Notes: generated by a model from the letters alone, not told the origin. Positions 46,091 through 55,038 are shown, counted from the stretch's first letter. The stretch: DNA of 64,000 nucleotides from an archaeon (GCA_018653485.1 JABHZE010000001.1:68603-132602), one strand, 5' to 3'. Numbers and translations: made by a program.

Positions 46091-46173
46091 AAAAAAAGCA
46101 AGAAAAACTCTCTTTTAAAGATTATTAGCATAGATTGTTACTATCCTAAAACAATGATATTCCCTTGTTTTGG

Positions 46174-46228
46174 GAGATAGAGTAAATAAGAGTTTTTCTG
46201 CCTTTAGGCAGAAACTTATTTCTCTATA
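46174..46228. other. Extended imperfect hairpin in an otherwise unassigned 154-bp spacer
   Basis: Apical stem TTTCTGCC-ttta-GGCAGAAA, extended by AATAAA/TTTATT and GAGATA/TATCTC segments with small internal loops. It lies about 20-70 nt past the stop of the zinc-ribbon ORF on the minus strand. Confidence 0.35.
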
Positions 46229-46244
46229 TTGCAACTCAATAAAC

Positions 46245-46436
46245 TTAACATTTTTCCTTACCAAACCCACAATCATGACACTCACAAACATCAAAATAAT
46301 TTTCATCAAAGCTCATAACAACATTTTTACTATCACATTGAGGGCATTTAAACTCTAGAAATTCATTGCTCCCATAGATTTTTACATATGGATTTTGCAT
46401 TTTGTTTAAGTTGAAATCACTATAAGATAAGATCAC
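46245..46436 (-). CDS. Small zinc-ribbon protein
   Basis: 63-aa ORF with CPQC...CECHDC. The likely true start is the internal ATG at 46400 (MQNPYVKIYG). Confidence 0.45.
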   Translation of the reverse strand: MILSYSDFNLNKMQNPYVKIYGSNEFLEFKCPQCDSKNVVMSFDENYFDVCECHDCGFGKEKC

Positions 46437-46525
46437 TTAAACTACCAAATAATTAGGTGTTTAGCATTTAATTAGTTTTCTAATTGAGTAGCAACATTTA
46501 ATTACTCAAAATCCACCCTATTTTC

Positions 46526-47476
46526 ATGAAAAAAACAAAAGCATTAGTATTATTTTCAGGAGGTTTAGACAGCAGATTAGCAGTTAAACTCTTGCAAGAT
46601 CAGAAAAACCTAGATGTATCTGCAGTATTTTTCAAACTCCCTTTTGGGGGTGGATGTTGCAACAATCAATCTTGTGTAGTAAATTTTGCACAATTACAAG
46701 AAACTCAGTTATATATTATAGATTTAACAAAAGGAAAGAATTTTGAAGAATATTTAGAAATAGTAAAAAAACCAAAACACGGGACAGGAACTTCAATAAA
46801 TCCCTGTAAAGATTGTAAAATTTTCATGTTACAAAAAGCAAAAGAATTAGCAGATGAAATAGGTGCTGAAATAGTAGCAACAGGAGAAGTCTTAGGTCAA
46901 AGACCAATGTCTCAATTAAAACAAGCATTATTATTATCAGAGACAAAATCAAATCTTAAAGGAAGATTATTAAGACCATTATCAGCAAAACTTTTACCAG
47001 AAACAGATGCAGAGAAAAAAGGCATTGTCAATAGAAAACTCCTTCTAGGAATCCAAGGTAGACAAAGAAAAATACAAATGAAATTAGCAGAAAAATACAA
47101 AATAAAATATCCTGAATCAGGAGGAGGATGTATTTTATGTGAAAAACAATACACACCCAAATTAGTAGATTTATTCAAAAATCAAAAAACAAAAATTAAA
47201 CCAGAACATATTCAATTACTAAAAATTGGGAGACATTTTAGAAATAAAAAAACAAATTCTAAAATAATTTTAGGAAGAAATGAAAATGAAAACACACTAT
47301 TAGGACAATTAAACAAAACTCTAAACTACAATATCTTGATACCTCCAAAAATTCCAGGCCCAACTGCAATTTATGAAAACAAAGAAGATAAAAAATTAAC
47401 AGAAGATTTAATCAAAGCATATGAGAAAGATGCAAAACCTGCGTTAAAAGATAAATTCATCAAACTCAAAATATAA
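46526..47476 (+). CDS. PP-loop ATP pyrophosphatase, ThiI/MnmA-like putative tRNA sulfurtransferase
   Basis: 316 aa. N-terminal ALVLFSGGLDSRLAVKLL is an SGGxDS PP-loop. NPCKDCKIFMLQKAKELADEIGAEIVATGEVLGQRPMSQ resembles the ThiI catalytic-domain core. Confidence 0.6.
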   Translation: MKKTKALVLFSGGLDSRLAVKLLQDQKNLDVSAVFFKLPFGGGCCNNQSCVVNFAQLQETQLYIIDLTKGKNFEEYLEIVKKPKHGTGTSINPCKDCKIFMLQKAKELADEIGAEIVATGEVLGQRPMSQLKQALLLSETKSNLKGRLLRPLSAKLLPETDAEKKGIVNRKLLLGIQGRQRKIQMKLAEKYKIKYPESGGGCILCEKQYTPKLVDLFKNQKTKIKPEHIQLLKIGRHFRNKKTNSKIILGRNENENTLLGQLNKTLNYNILIPPKIPGPTAIYENKEDKKLTEDLIKAYEKDAKPALKDKFIKLKI

Positions 47477-47484
47477 AAATTTAA

Positions 47485-47919
47485 TTAAACAACTCTTAGA
47501 TCATCAGGTTGTCTTCTAAATGTGCTTTTAATAGCTCCTAAACTATCATACTCTCCATCATTATCAATAACATCTTGAACAGATAAATCTCCAAGACCCC
47601 TACAACTACTAGAAGAAATAAGCTCATCTACACTCATTATAACAGTCTCTGCATTTTTATCAACAGCTTTTTCACAAGGACAAACAGGCTCCCCTCTTTT
47701 AGAAGATGCCTTATAAATTTCACAATCTTTATAAGCAAAATTTCCTGCATTACAAAATTCTCTAAAAGTTTCAGGATTATTAACACCCGCACAACTACCA
47801 TCTAAAATATAACCACAAGTTTCTTTAGGATCCTGAAATCTTGGATTTAACTGAGTTACCTTACAAAATCCTCTAGAAAGCCCTTCTCTGTCATCACTAT
47901 TTACCTTAAATAAACTCAT
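47485..47919 (-). CDS. Cys-rich hypothetical protein
   Basis: About 144-aa ORF from the ATG at 47919, about 29 nt below ATTTAAAT (47945-47952). The maximal ORF starts at 47937. About 10 Cys, no named motif. Confidence 0.5.
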   Translation of the reverse strand: MSLFKVNSDDREGLSRGFCKVTQLNPRFQDPKETCGYILDGSCAGVNNPETFREFCNAGNFAYKDCEIYKASSKRGEPVCPCEKAVDKNAETVIMSVDELISSSSCRGLGDLSVQDVIDNDGEYDSLGAIKSTFRRQPDDLRVV

Positions 47920-48017
47920 AATAAAAAACATAAGCATAACTTATATTTAAATCTTCTCCCAATAATTTAACTACTAATTAAAAACAAAAACAATATATTT
48001 CAAACAAAAACAATATA

Positions 48018-48266
48018 TTACTCTTCAATATTTTCTAATCCCTTAGCATAATCTCGAGTACTACGAGAATTAGTTATATTAACTGCTACACAAAAAGAAC
48101 TAATAGCCTGAATAGAACTAACTTCCTCTACATCAAACATATATTTATTAAATAAACTAAATGCCCCTAAAACTACTGGAAATGCAAAATAAGAATAATA
48201 AAAATTTCTACCAGCTAATTGACTAAATGTAGTATAAAATTGCTTAAGATGAGATACATTTTCCAT
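48018..48266 (-). CDS. Small hypothetical (membrane-associated?) protein
   Basis: 82-aa ORF. A TATA-like TTTTTAAA lies about 26 nt upstream of the ATG. Confidence 0.4.
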   Translation of the reverse strand: MENVSHLKQFYTTFSQLAGRNFYYSYFAFPVVLGAFSLFNKYMFDVEEVSSIQAISSFCVAVNITNSRSTRDYAKGLENIEE

Positions 48267-48372
48267 GATTCTTCTATAAAATCCTCATTTTTAAACATTT
48301 CTAAATCTAAAATTATCACTCTCCAACAAAAAACCAAATTAATAATCCAATCCAAAAAAAACCAACTAAAAA

Positions 48373-48696
48373 CTAAACAATAACTGCTGTTCCATAAGCA
48401 AGAATCTCTGCAGCACCTTGCATTACATCACTTGTAGTAAATCTAACATTAACAACTGCATTTCCACCCATTTTCCGAGCATTCTCATTCATTCTCTTAA
48501 CAGCTTCTTCTCTAGCATCATTCAATAACTTAGTATAACTCTTAATCTCTCCACCAAAAATATTCTTAAATCCAGCAGCAATATCCCTACCAAACCATCT
48601 AGCTCTAATAGTATTACCTCTAACAATTCCTAAAGTCTTCTTAGGTAATTTACCATTAATATATTCTGTTGTTGAAATAACAAATTTTCCTTCCAT
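48373..48696 (-). CDS. YbjQ/UPF0145-family protein
   Basis: 107 aa. GIVRGNTIRARWFGRDIAAGFKNIFGGEIKSYTKLLNDAREEAVKRMNENARKMGGNAVVNVRF...AYGTAV is the canonical YbjQ_1 pattern. Confidence 0.8.
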   Translation of the reverse strand: MEGKFVISTTEYINGKLPKKTLGIVRGNTIRARWFGRDIAAGFKNIFGGEIKSYTKLLNDAREEAVKRMNENARKMGGNAVVNVRFTTSDVMQGAAEILAYGTAVIV

Positions 48697-48759
48697 ATTA
48701 ATTTTATCAAATAATCTATATATTTAAATCTTATCATTAAACAAATTCCAAAAAACAAA

Positions 48760-49086
48760 TTAATTTTCAAACAAACTTCTTTTATCTTGAACTCTTCCTT
48801 CTAAAACTCTAATCAAAGATTTAAAAACCTCTCTTTGAAGCTGAGGATAACCAATATTGACCCCTGAATCCATTTCTTCAATAGAAGATACCATTTCTAC
48901 ATCATCATTAACTAAAGATAAAGTTTCATCATGCCCTAATTCACAATAAAATTTCATTCGATTATCTCCATATAATTCTAAGCAAATAGCATACACCCAA
49001 TTTGCATCAAAATATTCTTTAGAATCATCAGACATTTTTCTCCTAAATCTTATTAATTGTCCAGGAGTATACTCTTGTTTTGTCAT
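48760..49086 (-). CDS. Hypothetical protein
   Basis: 108-aa ORF. No motif recognised. Confidence 0.45.
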   Translation of the reverse strand: MTKQEYTPGQLIRFRRKMSDDSKEYFDANWVYAICLELYGDNRMKFYCELGHDETLSLVNDDVEMVSSIEEMDSGVNIGYPQLQREVFKSLIRVLEGRVQDKRSLFEN

Positions 49087-49181
49087 AAAAATTAAATAAT
49101 TAAGATATTTTTAAAGATTATTATACTTTAGAAAAAAATAAAATTTGATTATTAAAATTTTATATACGCTTCTTCTCAATA

Positions 49182-49189
49182 TTTATATA
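49182..49189 (+). promoter_or_regulatory. TATA box TTTATATA
   Basis: Centred about 25 nt upstream of the ATG at 49211. This argues against the TTG start at 49145. Confidence 0.4.
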
Positions 49190-49210
49190 GTTTTATTATT
49201 CTATTTTATA

Positions 49211-49567
49211 ATGATTCCTGAAAAAGAAGTGGAACTTATTGAGAATCCAGAAGAGATATCCAAAATAATAAATGAGAAAATTAAAAATAAAAGATTAATT
49301 TTTACAGATTGGTATAAAATGGGAATAATGAGGAAAGGAATTTCTGAAGAAAAATTCAATGAAATCTTTCCACAATTTGAGAAAATTAAAAGAATTGAAA
49401 AAGAAACATTAAAATTTGGAGATATAGGATATGAACTTTTTTATAAATTTAGTAATAATACTCAATATTCTATTGGAACAATTCCTAATAAAAAATATCT
49501 TAAAATAATCCATTTAATAGAATATAAAAGAAGTTTAGAAAAAAGATTCAAAAAATTTAAGAAATAA
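49211..49567 (+). CDS. Hypothetical basic protein
   Basis: 118-aa ORF from the ATG at 49211 (MIPEKEVELI). Its 3' end overlaps the convergent ORF 49557-49901 by 11 nt. Confidence 0.45.
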   Translation: MIPEKEVELIENPEEISKIINEKIKNKRLIFTDWYKMGIMRKGISEEKFNEIFPQFEKIKRIEKETLKFGDIGYELFYKFSNNTQYSIGTIPNKKYLKIIHLIEYKRSLEKRFKKFKK

Positions 49568-49901
49568 TTGTTTGTTCCATAGGAACATTAAAAGGAATCT
49601 TTTCAACAATTCCATTATCCGTTTTCAACAAAAAATAAATCATATATCCATCCCTATATTGTTTAGATATTAATTCCACTTCCTTTAATTTATCTAAAAT
49701 ATCTGGATTTAAACCTAATTCTTTTAAATACTCTGAAACTCTTCGGATTTCAACGTTTACAATTTTATTATCAGTAGTAAAATCTAATATTGTATTTAAA
49801 ATTCTTACACTCCCATAAATTTTATCTTCAGATTTTTTTTTAGAAATCATTAATCTATCTAAATCTTTATCATACATAAATTGTTTATCATCCATTTTCA
49901 T
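49557..49901 (-). CDS. DUF2283-like small protein
   Basis: 114 aa. YDKDLDRLMISKKK...ILDFTTDNKIVNVEIRRVSEYL resembles the YD-x-E-x-D-x-L-x-I ... G-I-E-I pattern of DUF2283. Confidence 0.45.
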   Translation of the reverse strand: MKMDDKQFMYDKDLDRLMISKKKSEDKIYGSVRILNTILDFTTDNKIVNVEIRRVSEYLKELGLNPDILDKLKEVELISKQYRDGYMIYFLLKTDNGIVEKIPFNVPMEQTIIS

Positions 49902-49948
49902 ACCTCATTTAATGCTCTCTTTTAGGTTTAAATACTTTTAGTTATAGT

Positions 49949-52147
49949 CTACTTCTTTTCCCCTTCCATTCTCTTAACAAAACCTTCTAAGAATTTCTTA
50001 TTCTTTGCTCTATCAATTATTCCCTTAATTTCATAAACTTCTCCACCATTAATTTGTTTTTTCTCAACCTTCATATCAGAAATTCCTTTTTCATAAGCTT
50101 CTTTACTAACTAATATTTGCCCATCAGAAGATTCTGCAAGTCTTTTTGCAGCAGTTACAAAATTACCTAAAGCAGTAAACTTTAATTTTTTATCTTCAAC
50201 TTTATTAATAACATCTCCTGAATTAATAGCAAGACCAAATTCAATTTTATCTTTAAACTTTTTATTATGTTCTTTCAAAATCTTAATTATTTTATCAGCA
50301 GCAATAGCAGCTTCTACTTCATTTTTCTTACTTCGAGTCATTAAAGGACTAAACACTACAAAAATAAAATCACCTTGTTCATAAACAGCTCCCAGTTTAT
50401 TATAAATCGGTTCTATTGCTTTTTCTAAACTATTTTTAGCATTTTTAGAAATTTTATTTTTAATTTTCAAAGCAATTACAGAAGCATTATTTTTATGCCC
50501 CTTTAAAACTAAAACTTGTTCTGCTTCATTTGGAGGAACTAATGCCCCTGGAACATTCTTACCTTCTTTAGAAGTATTTTTCATCTCTGTTGAAGACTTC
50601 CCTTTACCACCCATCTCAATAACTTTATCTTTTCCTTTTTTTGAAAAGGGATAAGCAAAAGATTTTTTCTTAAAAACATCTCTAAACAAAAACAAAACAC
50701 CTGCACCTAAGATTAATATCAAAAAAATCCAAATAATTGGAGAAAAAGAAACATTTAAAGAACCACCAGATTCCTTAACACCAATCGCTCGTCCAGTTAA
50801 AACAACAGAACTTTGACTAATTTCACTTTCACCATCACTAACTTTAACATCATACTCTTGATTCTCTCCAGTTAATGTAAATTTCTGACTCTCTCCTAAA
50901 TCCAAATTAACAGATTTAACAAAAGGTTTACCATTCAAATCTATTTGAATATCATTATCATAAGGAATATTTCCCACATTTTTAACAATCAATGTCTCAT
51001 TATTTATCTCAAAAACTACAATTTCTTTTTCATTAACATAAAATTTCTTAACATTACTAACTTCTCCACTAGTAGCTAAAATTTCATAATAACCAGCACT
51101 CATATTTGTAGGAAGTGGAAATTCAACTGTTTCATCAGATTGAACAATCATTTGATAAACTCTTTCAGAATCCTCATCAACGATAATAACTGAAACTTCT
51201 TCGCTCATAGAAAGTCCTGCTTGATCTAATAAAATTGGTTTAAAACTAACAACATCTCCTGGATTAAAATTTTGATTATTTAATGCAATATCTGCACTTG
51301 TTAAAATTTGAAAAATCTTTAAATCCGCTCTAGCAATTCCTTCACTAGTTTTTTCATCATTAATTTCTTCATAAACTAATACATCAATTCTATAATCTCC
51401 CGAGGAAATATCATTAGGCAAAGTAAAATTAATTGAAAAAATCCCATCAACAACTTTCCCATAATATGTTCCTACTTCCCCCAATTCTGGCGCCTCAGAA
51501 ATTATACTTTCCTCACATTCATCAACACAATCTTCCTCGCATTCAATACAATCTTCCTCATCATCTTCGCATTCATCAACACAATCCTCTTCACAAACAA
51601 TACATTCTGCATCTTCCTCCAATTCTGATTCATTAGAACTTATGCTTTCCTCAGTTAATATACTTAAAACAGGAATACTTATCTCAACATCCCCATTAAC
51701 ATTATTTCCATTTAATCTTTTAGCACTCCCTTCAATCATAACTTTCTCACCAGGATTTGCAAAAAGATAATCTACATTTAAACTCACATCAAGTTTTTTA
51801 GAAATTTGAAAATTAGAACTTTGTCTCTCATCTCCATCATACTCTCCTGTAAAATAACAATTTCCACTTACATCCTCAATATAAACAGTAGTCAATGGTA
51901 ATCCTAATTTAGCAACACCCTCTTCATCAGGAAGAAGATTAAATGAAAGTTCCCCACTATCACAAATTAATGTTACTTTCAAAAATCCACCCTCAAATGA
52001 ATCAATTGTAATCTCATTATTAATCACATCTCCTAAATTATAGATACTATCTACTTGTGAAAAATAAACCCGAGCAGAAATATTAGTAGATAATAAAATA
52101 AACATGAATACAAACATAATTCCTAATACTAATATTCTCTTTTTCAT
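49949..52147 (-). CDS. Single-pass membrane protein: extracellular Ig-like/acidic Cys-repeat region, TM helix, cytoplasmic degenerate class III nucleotidyl-cyclase-like domain
   Basis: 732 aa. Signal peptide, CEEDCVDECE repeats, TM IIWIFLILILGAGVLFLF. The C-terminal domain GDFIFVVFSP...AAIAADKIIKIL...FGLAINSGDVI...FTALGNFVTAAKRLAESSDGQILVSKEAYEK follows the cyclase-homology pattern. The first metal-binding F-x-D-I-x-G-F-T is replaced by IALKIKNK. Confidence 0.45.
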   Translation of the reverse strand: MKKRILVLGIMFVFMFILLSTNISARVYFSQVDSIYNLGDVINNEITIDSFEGGFLKVTLICDSGELSFNLLPDEEGVAKLGLPLTTVYIEDVSGNCYFTGEYDGDERQSSNFQISKKLDVSLNVDYLFANPGEKVMIEGSAKRLNGNNVNGDVEISIPVLSILTEESISSNESELEEDAECIVCEEDCVDECEDDEEDCIECEEDCVDECEESIISEAPELGEVGTYYGKVVDGIFSINFTLPNDISSGDYRIDVLVYEEINDEKTSEGIARADLKIFQILTSADIALNNQNFNPGDVVSFKPILLDQAGLSMSEEVSVIIVDEDSERVYQMIVQSDETVEFPLPTNMSAGYYEILATSGEVSNVKKFYVNEKEIVVFEINNETLIVKNVGNIPYDNDIQIDLNGKPFVKSVNLDLGESQKFTLTGENQEYDVKVSDGESEISQSSVVLTGRAIGVKESGGSLNVSFSPIIWIFLILILGAGVLFLFRDVFKKKSFAYPFSKKGKDKVIEMGGKGKSSTEMKNTSKEGKNVPGALVPPNEAEQVLVLKGHKNNASVIALKIKNKISKNAKNSLEKAIEPIYNKLGAVYEQGDFIFVVFSPLMTRSKKNEVEAAIAADKIIKILKEHNKKFKDKIEFGLAINSGDVINKVEDKKLKFTALGNFVTAAKRLAESSDGQILVSKEAYEKGISDMKVEKKQINGGEVYEIKGIIDRAKNKKFLEGFVKRMEGEKK

Positions 52148-52169
52148 AGCTTATTTAATCAAATTGTAT

Positions 52170-52177
52170 ATTTAAAT
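52170..52177 (-). promoter_or_regulatory. Palindromic TATA box ATTTAAAT for gene 49949-52147
   Basis: Centred about 26 nt upstream of the minus-strand ATG at 52147. Confidence 0.45.
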
Positions 52178-52204
52178 GTTTTCAAGTTATTCTTATACTT
52201 AACA

Positions 52205-52212
52205 TTTAAATA
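52205..52212 (+). promoter_or_regulatory. TATA box TTTAAATA for trpS
   Basis: Centred about 26 nt upstream of the ATG at 52234. Confidence 0.45.
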
Positions 52213-52233
52213 TCATTCATATTTAGTAATACT

Positions 52234-53337
52234 ATGAAAAAGAATGTATTCAATCCTTGGGAAATCAAAGGAAATATTGATTATGAAAAACTAATAAAAG
52301 AGTTTGGAATCTCTCCATTAAAGACCCTTCCAGAAGTTTTTGAAAAAGAATTATTATTTAAAAGAAAAATTATTTTTGCGCATAGAGATATACAAAGGAT
52401 TTTAGATGCAATAAAAAACAAGAAGAAATTTGTTATGATGACAGGTTTAATGCCTACTGGAAAATTCCATTTAGGACATATGATTCTAGCTAAACAAATG
52501 ATTTTCTATCAAAATTTAGGTGCAAAAATCTATATTGCTGTTGCAGACATAGAAGCATATAATGCTCGTGGACAATCATTAGAAGATTCTAAAAAAATAG
52601 CATTAAATGAATATATTCATAACTATTTAGCATTAGGTTTAGACCCAAAGAAATGTGAAATTTATTTTCAATCAAATAGAAGCAATAAAGCAGAAATTTC
52701 CAATGCTTATTATAGATTACAAAATCTTTTAGCAAAACACGCAACTTTTAATGAATTTAAGGCAGTTTATGGAGATATTACTCCTGGAAAAATGATTTCA
52801 GCATTATTACAAGCTTCAGACATGCTACACCCTCAATTACCTGAGTTAGAAAATTCATGTCCTGTTCTAGTTCCAGTTGGAATTGACCAAGACCCTCATC
52901 TAAGACTTGCAAGAGACATCTCAAAAAGAATCAAAACAAATAAATTCACACAATTATCATCTACATATCATTATTTCATTCCAGGATTAAAAGGAGATAA
53001 AATGTCTGCATCAGATTCAAACTCTTTTATAGCATTAACAGATGATAAAAAAACAGTAAAAAATAAAATTAATAAATACGCATTTTCAGGAGGACAACCA
53101 ACCCTAGAAGAACATCGCGAAAAAGGGGGAAATCCAGACATAGATGTTTCTTACCAATACTTAAGAGTTTTAGAACAAAATGATAAAAAATTAAAACAAT
53201 TATACGATGATTATAAATCAGGAGAATTATCAACAGGAGAATTAAAAAAATATACAATAGAAACAATTAATAATTTTTTAACCACTCATCAAAAAAATAG
53301 AGAAAAAACCAAACAATTACTTAAAGAATATCAATAA
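52234..53337 (+). CDS. trpS: Tryptophanyl-tRNA synthetase (archaeal/eukaryotic type)
   Basis: 367 aa. N-terminal NPWEIKGNIDYEKLIKEFGISPL, a HIGH-type motif (KFHLGHM) and a KMSKS-type motif (KMSASD). Confidence 0.8.
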   Translation: MKKNVFNPWEIKGNIDYEKLIKEFGISPLKTLPEVFEKELLFKRKIIFAHRDIQRILDAIKNKKKFVMMTGLMPTGKFHLGHMILAKQMIFYQNLGAKIYIAVADIEAYNARGQSLEDSKKIALNEYIHNYLALGLDPKKCEIYFQSNRSNKAEISNAYYRLQNLLAKHATFNEFKAVYGDITPGKMISALLQASDMLHPQLPELENSCPVLVPVGIDQDPHLRLARDISKRIKTNKFTQLSSTYHYFIPGLKGDKMSASDSNSFIALTDDKKTVKNKINKYAFSGGQPTLEEHREKGGNPDIDVSYQYLRVLEQNDKKLKQLYDDYKSGELSTGELKKYTIETINNFLTTHQKNREKTKQLLKEYQ

Positions 53338-53364
53338 TAATTTCTATTAATAATTCAACAACAC

Positions 53365-53372
53365 TTTTAAAA
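53365..53372 (+). promoter_or_regulatory. TATA-like box TTTTAAAA within the shared 13-mer CACTTTTAAAAAC
   Basis: Centred about 26 nt upstream of the ATG at 53395. The same 13-mer sits before thrS (55006-55018). Confidence 0.4.
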
Positions 53373-53394
53373 ACTATAGTTACTTATTTTGAAC

Positions 53395-54996
53395 ATGAAA
53401 AAGAGGGGCGAGTTGAATAAAAGAGCAGAAGCAAATCTAATAACCGTAATATTACTAATTCTAATCATATTAATCTTAGTTGTAGCATTATGGAATATCT
53501 TTTTTTTATTAGTTAAACCAGGGGCAGAAGAAGTAGAAATAAAATCAAGATTATTAGGAACTAATGTAAAAGTAAAAGGAATAGAAGGAAACCTCTTAAA
53601 CCCCGAAGATATTAACATAACATTAAGAAGAGGAGCAGAAAGATTAGTTCTAAAAAACAAAACAATAATAGACCAAAGTTATGTAGAAGTGATTGACATA
53701 ACACCTAATGCATCAATAATTACAGCAGTAGATATTTCAGGAAGTATGCGTCTTAATGCAACTTGGTCTACAACTCAATGTGATGCAAATAACTCCTGTA
53801 ATACTCAGGATACTTGCGAGAATATTTGTTACGGAAATTGGGAAAATAATGCTTGTCTTTTAGAAACATATACTCCCACTTGTTGCAGAGACAATGATTG
53901 TGAAACAAGAGAAGGTTGTGAAGATGTTTGTAATGGAAATTTTGCTGAGGGATTTATAGATCCAGATTCTGGCCACCCATTAGCTTCATTTTGTTGGACT
54001 TCAAATTGTTGTACTGAAAATGGTTGTTCTTCAAATGAAACTTGTATAGATAATTGTGGAGGGATTTGGATGGAATGGAGGGAAATAGATTGGTGGTTGA
54101 AACCCTCTGTTGAAAGAGAATATTGTAATTCCCCCAACTCAATGACTAGAATTACCTCATGTTTAAATAATCAAAACTGTGAAAATTATTGTAATGGGAC
54201 TTATAATCATACCACCTTTACAGATTATAAAATTAAATTAGCAAGAGAAGCAAACCTAGAATTTATCAATGAGATGTTTGATGCACCTGCAGACCACAAA
54301 ATAGGATTAATTGCATTTGAATCCCATGTAAATTCATCATTTACTCAAGAATTAGTTTCTAAATCTCAACGAATATTATTAGAAGATAAAGTAAATGCTT
54401 TAACTGCCTGGGGAGGGACATATATTAACGAAGGACTTAATGCCTCACTAGAATTAATAAAAGATGAACCAAATGACAAAGTAAAGGCAATTATATTAAT
54501 GACAGACGGGCAAGTAGGAGAAGTAGATGCAAATCAATCAAACTACACTGCAAAAAAAGCTTGGGAAGATTATAATATTCATGTTTACACAATAGGATAT
54601 GCAGTAGGGGTTGGTACAAGTTATGAAAGAAGATTAAAGGCAATAGCACAAAACGGAAACGGAAGTTACTTTGCTTCATCAACATCAAGTTTATCAGAGA
54701 GATATCGAGAAGTAAGAGAAGAAATAGAACACACAATACAAGTAGAAAGAAAAATATTTGAATCAGTTAAAAAATGGGATCATTTAAAATTTATTTTTTA
54801 TAGTGAAACAGATTCATGGTCAAAGGATGAATTTGAAGTATTAAATCCATTAGAAACAAAAAAATACACAATTGAAGATGTTGGAGATTTTATAACAGAT
54901 ATAAAAACAGTTCAAGTTTATTTAGCTGTTTATGATAGTAAAGGAAATGAAGTTCTTGGTCCGCTTTTAGATGAATGGAAAGCAGAAGATAACTAA
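53395..54996 (+). CDS. Pilin-like (class III signal peptide) von Willebrand factor A protein with a Cys-rich insertion
   Basis: N-terminus KRGELNKRAEANLITVILLILIILILVVAL. MIDAS DISGSM ... TDG. A ~170-aa insert directly after DISGSM has four C-x(3-5)-C-x(3)-C-x-G-x-(W/F/Y) repeats. Start at the ATG at 53395; the track start at 53389 is TTG. Confidence 0.7.
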   Translation: MKKRGELNKRAEANLITVILLILIILILVVALWNIFFLLVKPGAEEVEIKSRLLGTNVKVKGIEGNLLNPEDINITLRRGAERLVLKNKTIIDQSYVEVIDITPNASIITAVDISGSMRLNATWSTTQCDANNSCNTQDTCENICYGNWENNACLLETYTPTCCRDNDCETREGCEDVCNGNFAEGFIDPDSGHPLASFCWTSNCCTENGCSSNETCIDNCGGIWMEWREIDWWLKPSVEREYCNSPNSMTRITSCLNNQNCENYCNGTYNHTTFTDYKIKLAREANLEFINEMFDAPADHKIGLIAFESHVNSSFTQELVSKSQRILLEDKVNALTAWGGTYINEGLNASLELIKDEPNDKVKAIILMTDGQVGEVDANQSNYTAKKAWEDYNIHVYTIGYAVGVGTSYERRLKAIAQNGNGSYFASSTSSLSERYREVREEIEHTIQVERKIFESVKKWDHLKFIFYSETDSWSKDEFEVLNPLETKKYTIEDVGDFITDIKTVQVYLAVYDSKGNEVLGPLLDEWKAEDN

Positions 54997-55008
54997 TTTT
55001 AACCACAC

Positions 55009-55016
55009 TTTTAAAA
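55009..55016 (+). promoter_or_regulatory. TATA-like box TTTTAAAA for thrS
   Basis: Centred about 26 nt upstream of the ATG at 55039. Confidence 0.4.
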
Positions 55017-55038
55017 ACCCAGAATTCTTATCAATAGA

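Noticed and set aside
46115-46358. ORFs 46115-46309(-) and 46170-46358(+)
   Set aside because: They overlap each other, the hairpin region and the zinc-ribbon ORF. They show no coding-like composition, so the region is treated as non-coding structure instead.
53367-54736. ORFs 53367-53660(-), 53829-54137(-), 53954-54142(-) and 54491-54736(-)
   Set aside because: They are antisense to the VWA gene, which has clear MIDAS and pilin-like motifs.
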